A stretch of 63,927 nucleotides of DNA, counting the filler, from Hyphochytrium catenoides (lineage: Eukaryota; Protista; Hyphochytriomycota), in NCBI GenBank assembly GCA_900088475.1. It is 5 parts of 5 records of this genome, joined end to end, with 100 filler letters (N's around TTAATTAATTAA, not from the genome) between each part and the next. Parts side by side here need not be neighbours in the genome. Positions count along the whole stretch, not along the records: positions 51,394 to 61,604 come from FLMG01004432.1; positions 61,705 to 63,927 come from FLMG01000784.1; 3 more parts are not named here. One strand, 5' to 3'. The position numbers and the translations under genes were made by a program. Shown here one piece after another: positions 60,501 to 63,927 of the stretch (the first letter of the stretch is position 1; every line of letters starts with the position of its first letter). The notes under the pieces were generated by a model. The model saw only the letters and a list, made by a program, of their open reading frames with translations, did no database searches and was not told the DNA's origin.

Positions 60501-61232
60501 GAAGTGGGCTCACCCTCAATGCTCCAATGGAATACTGATGACGCGGTGACAAGCACAATCGTGTTAGGCGAGATCCACCGCCAAAAGACTACCTGGTCGT
60601 TCATGGTATGGGACTTCATCTTCGCCCGAAGTTCCAAGTTGAAGATCTGCAATTGGTTCTGGGCTGAAGGTGAAACAACAGGAGTAAGGCGGATGCCGAT
60701 GAGAATATTGTCAACAAGGAGTACGCGGACGAAGAAGTCCCTTCAAAATGGAGGAACAGAGACAGGCACAAGATGTGGTCGCTTACCCCTAAGAGCAATG
60801 ACTTTGGAAACGGGGTTCATGATAGCCGCCTCCGCAGAGATCGGTCTCTTAGTGACACTGTTCCCAGCGGTAAGATCTACCATCACGACGTTTCCCTGTC
60901 CTCCGACGTTTTCACAAACTGTGATAAACTTGTCAGACTCCATCGTGCATGTCCCAAATTTGACGAAGTCCGGGCTGACGCCCAATGCGGGCAGCTGACG
61001 AGGGAGCGATACGAAGCGACGAAGGTTTGGAGGTTTGTTAGCCAAAGCCGAGTTTCAAGCCCTGCTATCTGGCGACCCTGCCAGTCTCTAACTGTGGTCA
61101 ACACTCTCTTTGGCCCTGTCGCCATCTTCCCGCTTGACTCTGTAGTTCCCCAACCCACCGAGTATTCCCTTTCTCTCTCTTCATACTCACATTAAGTGCC
61201 TCATTGAAGACGATTGGCATGCCCTGAGCCAT
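54562..61232 (-). CDS. CHC: Clathrin heavy chain, 1719 aa, 10 exons, all GT-AG introns
   Basis: Exons 61232-61191, 60994-60787, 60663-60514, 60262-59973, 59844-59728, 59656-58661, 58431-58003, 57814-57608, 57432-56069 and 55918-54562 sum to 5160 nt in frame. Hallmarks [41 protein letters not shown] and [15 protein letters not shown]. Confidence 0.98.
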
Positions 61233-61604
61233 GGTTCCCTTGTCTTTCGAGCTTTAGCTCAGCCTGGCGGGCTCCTTGCCTTCGTAAAGAGACTGATAAG
61301 GGGATGAGTTCCAAGGTACTTCTACAGCTTTGGACCACTCATGCAATCGCGCCGAGCTACACCGCTATAAGGCCAACGTTTACTCAATAATGGAGCCCAG
61401 GCGTATCTGGCTGGGCAATGAGACTTCTATTGTTTGCTGGTCGTGAGTACATACAGAGGCTAGCCTCGATCCCACTTCATCTGGTCTTCATTTCCTAGAG
61501 CCTGGAGCCTGGAGTGCCGCCCTATCGCCACGACAATAGTGTTAGAGACACTTTATCGGGTCTATAAAAGGTAAGATAGGAAGACAGAGAGAGAGAGAGA
61601 GAGA

Positions 61605-61704
61605 NNNNNNNNNNNNNNNNNNNNNNNNNNNNNNNNNNNNNNNNNNNNTTAATTAATTAANNNNNNNNNNNNNNNNNNNNNNNNNNNNNNNNNNNNNNNN
61701 NNNN
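61605..61704. other. Artificial contig linker 44N-TTAATTAATTAA-44N
   Basis: Identical 100-bp spacer. Confidence 0.97.
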
Positions 61705-62775
61705 TCACGCAGAACATGATCAAGTAAGTGTCCTCAATGTGAAGCTTAGACTATCTGTCTTACTACTGACGAGCAAACAGGCTAGACTGCTTAGAGCTGA
61801 AGGACCCCGAAGATAGAGCTTGCAGGAAAGACCTTCTGCGTCGACTTGAGAGACTAGGCGATGAGGTCGGAGCCAGCACAGCACCATCATAGCGGACAAG
61901 AAGAAAGATGAATCGCCTTACACAATGGAAGGCATACTTAATGTTCCGTCACTCCTCTTGAAGCGTACGCTCCGTATAACTTTCTATCAGTATGCGCCGG
62001 CGGCATCTTGGTTCCTCCTCTGTGTCTTGTCTACAGTGAAGGCGCAGAGCCGCAATGTTCAGAAGCTGTGGCAGAGGAGAAGCTGTGGCAGAGAAGGCAT
62101 CTCGATGGCGCTCTGAGCTGGGGCGGGCATCTCAAGGCAGCAACCAGCAGCAGCTTCAACCTCTCAGCCCCTAACACACCCTCATACCAACAGACCTTTT
62201 GTCAGCTTATCGCTTGGGAGAAAGGCAATTTACAATGTTTATGTGGGCGGACTCCCCAAAGGTGTGTCAAACACAGCTTGAGAAGTAGTAATAGTGCCGT
62301 ATTGTGGAGGCTAGCGCTAATACCTCTCGTCCATAGTAATACGATGGGAGTTGGAGATTGTTATGTAGAGTTCTACAAAGGATACTACTATTATGAGAAA
62401 CTAGGGCTTTGTAAGAACTACAATGGAGATTATTACTGCTCCCCTGCCAAAGGAAGCGCCGCCGCCGGTAGAACGGGCGCCAGGAATGAGAAGAAGTGAG
62501 AGCATCGAAGACCGACGACTGACGGACTGACCCTCATAGAGGTCAAGGCCTGCGCCGGACCGCCCCTCATGACTCTCTCAGGTCTCACAGGCAAGTTCAC
62601 CTCTCTTAGAAACGCCGGGAAAGGGAGGTGAAGGCTAGAGGACCGGTCGAAGATTGCGAAGGGGAAAGTCAAACTGGGTGGTGCATCTCTGGCAACTTGC
62701 CTGTCAAGCACTTTAAGTCTAAGTTGCTGAGTGGCGCCCAACGAGCATTCTGTCTCGGCAGTCTGGTTCAGAGCT

Positions 62776-63618
62776 ATGAGGTTTCTTCGCACCGTGATGG
62801 CCTTGATGGTGCTTTGCACTGTCGGCAGTAGCCGTGCTGATGATCAACCGGTGAGAAAAAAAGACGAGGTCGTCAAAGAGCTGGATAGCATGCAGCTGGC
62901 TGCGCTGAAGACTCGCCTTGTTCTAGGAGACGAGTTGCGCAAACTTAGATCAAAAGCCTTCATTCAGGCTGAAGGTAATGCCAAAGCCGAAGCACTCGCC
63001 GAGAAATGGCTCACTCATACAATCCTGCATTTCTAAGCATGTTTCCTTATAAAGGGGTCCCACAAGTCTCAGACGCTAGTTGCAGCACAAAGTCTGGCGG
63101 ACCTCCATCCTTCTCTTCTCTCGTCCGCGACTTCTTTCAGTCTGCTGGTCCTCGTCGATTCCGTTAGCCTCATTCTTTCTCACAAAAAATATTAGTTTTC
63201 TCGAGCCTAGATGGCCCTCGGTCTGCTCACGCTTCGCTTTTGCTTAATGCAGAGCCCAAAGACATGCTCAAAGGAAGTGACCGCGTAGCGGTCAGGTCAC
63301 GCCACTTCTCATCCTCTGGCTCCGAAGAACAGGATAAGTCTGTGGCCTCAAAGGGAACGCCCCTTCAACCTTCGCTTTCCTCCGCAGTGAGTTTAACTAG
63401 TCCTGCACCTAGAAGCTGGACCGTTTGTCTAAAAGCTCCGCCTTCCCATTCTATAGACGCCGGAGAAAGAACTGGAGCAAGCTAAGAAGTCATTAGAGAA
63501 GGCGAGCACAACCATTCAGGAAGCCGAGAAGGCCGTTAACAAGCTGGAACGAGAGAGAAAGCAGACCGCTGAAGAGGCAAAGAAGAGAAGTCTGGACCGA
63601 GAAGCCAACTCCATGACT
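62776..63618 (+). CDS. Putative secreted coiled-coil protein (probably continues past the window end)
   Basis: Signal-peptide-like MRFLRTVMALMVLCTVGSSRA-DD. Phase-consistent exons 62776-62974, 63253-63386 and 63457-63618; heptad-like segment EKELEQAKKSLEKASTTIQEAEKAVNKLERERK. Confidence 0.5.
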
Positions 63619-63927
63619 GTGAGACTCAATAATCGACCTAACATTTCCCTTGATCCCGCTATAAACGTCCATGCCTTACCGCTTTATCTACTCTCTCCAT
63701 CCCCAATAGCCTCTACTCTTAGACAGCTTATTTGCTCCATTGCACTGCCTCTCGTTTCGACTACGTAATTGTGCGGGCGTTCTCTTGATCCGTGCGGCCT
63801 CTCTCTTTCCATCATGTTTCTTGGTTGATCTTATCTGACTCGTGTTATCATAGTCAGGGCAACAGAGAGGTCATTCAGAAACCTTGCAGCTGAAGGCAAG
63901 GGACGCTTCACATTTGGGGGGAGGAGG

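Noticed and set aside
54781-60998. Plus-strand ORFs antisense to clathrin
   Set aside because: Shadow ORFs from codon bias of the real minus-strand gene.

Overview
Eukaryotic, intron-rich draft-assembly DNA, saturated with (CT)n/(AG)n microsatellites. A stramenopile or pseudofungal protist is my inference from the clathrin sequence style and an oomycete-style membrane protein; the organism cannot be identified from the window. Four artificial 100-bp linkers (44N-TTAATTAATTAA-44N) split the window into five pieces (1-10045, 10146-41929, 42030-51293, 51394-61604, 61705-63927), so adjacency across them is not biological evidence. Most ORFs in the supplied track are microsatellite artefacts. Manual splicing recovers these genes: a sucrose/SLC45-type transporter, an equilibrative nucleoside transporter, an RCC1-repeat + UBR-type zinc-finger protein, an internally duplicated multi-pass membrane protein, a large protein with an SMC5/6-hinge-like segment and a TAF1-like zinc knuckle, a WD40 protein, an HMG-box + F-box + LRR protein, a prokaryotic-type MntH/Nramp (frameshifted, truncated), SERAC1, the first exon of a CbiA/BioD-like P-loop enzyme, an atypical peptide deformylase, a complete 10-exon clathrin heavy chain and a secreted coiled-coil protein. 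The most notable observations are (1) two paralogous terminal exons of the WD40 gene that differ mostly at synonymous sites, (2) the HMG-F-box-LRR architecture, (3) relaxed splice sites (GC donors, one candidate GA donor, several AAG acceptors), and (4) bacterial-type genes (def, mntH, cbiA-like). No rRNA, tRNA, CRISPR array or intact transposase was recognised. All gene models are by-eye and have no database or transcript support.
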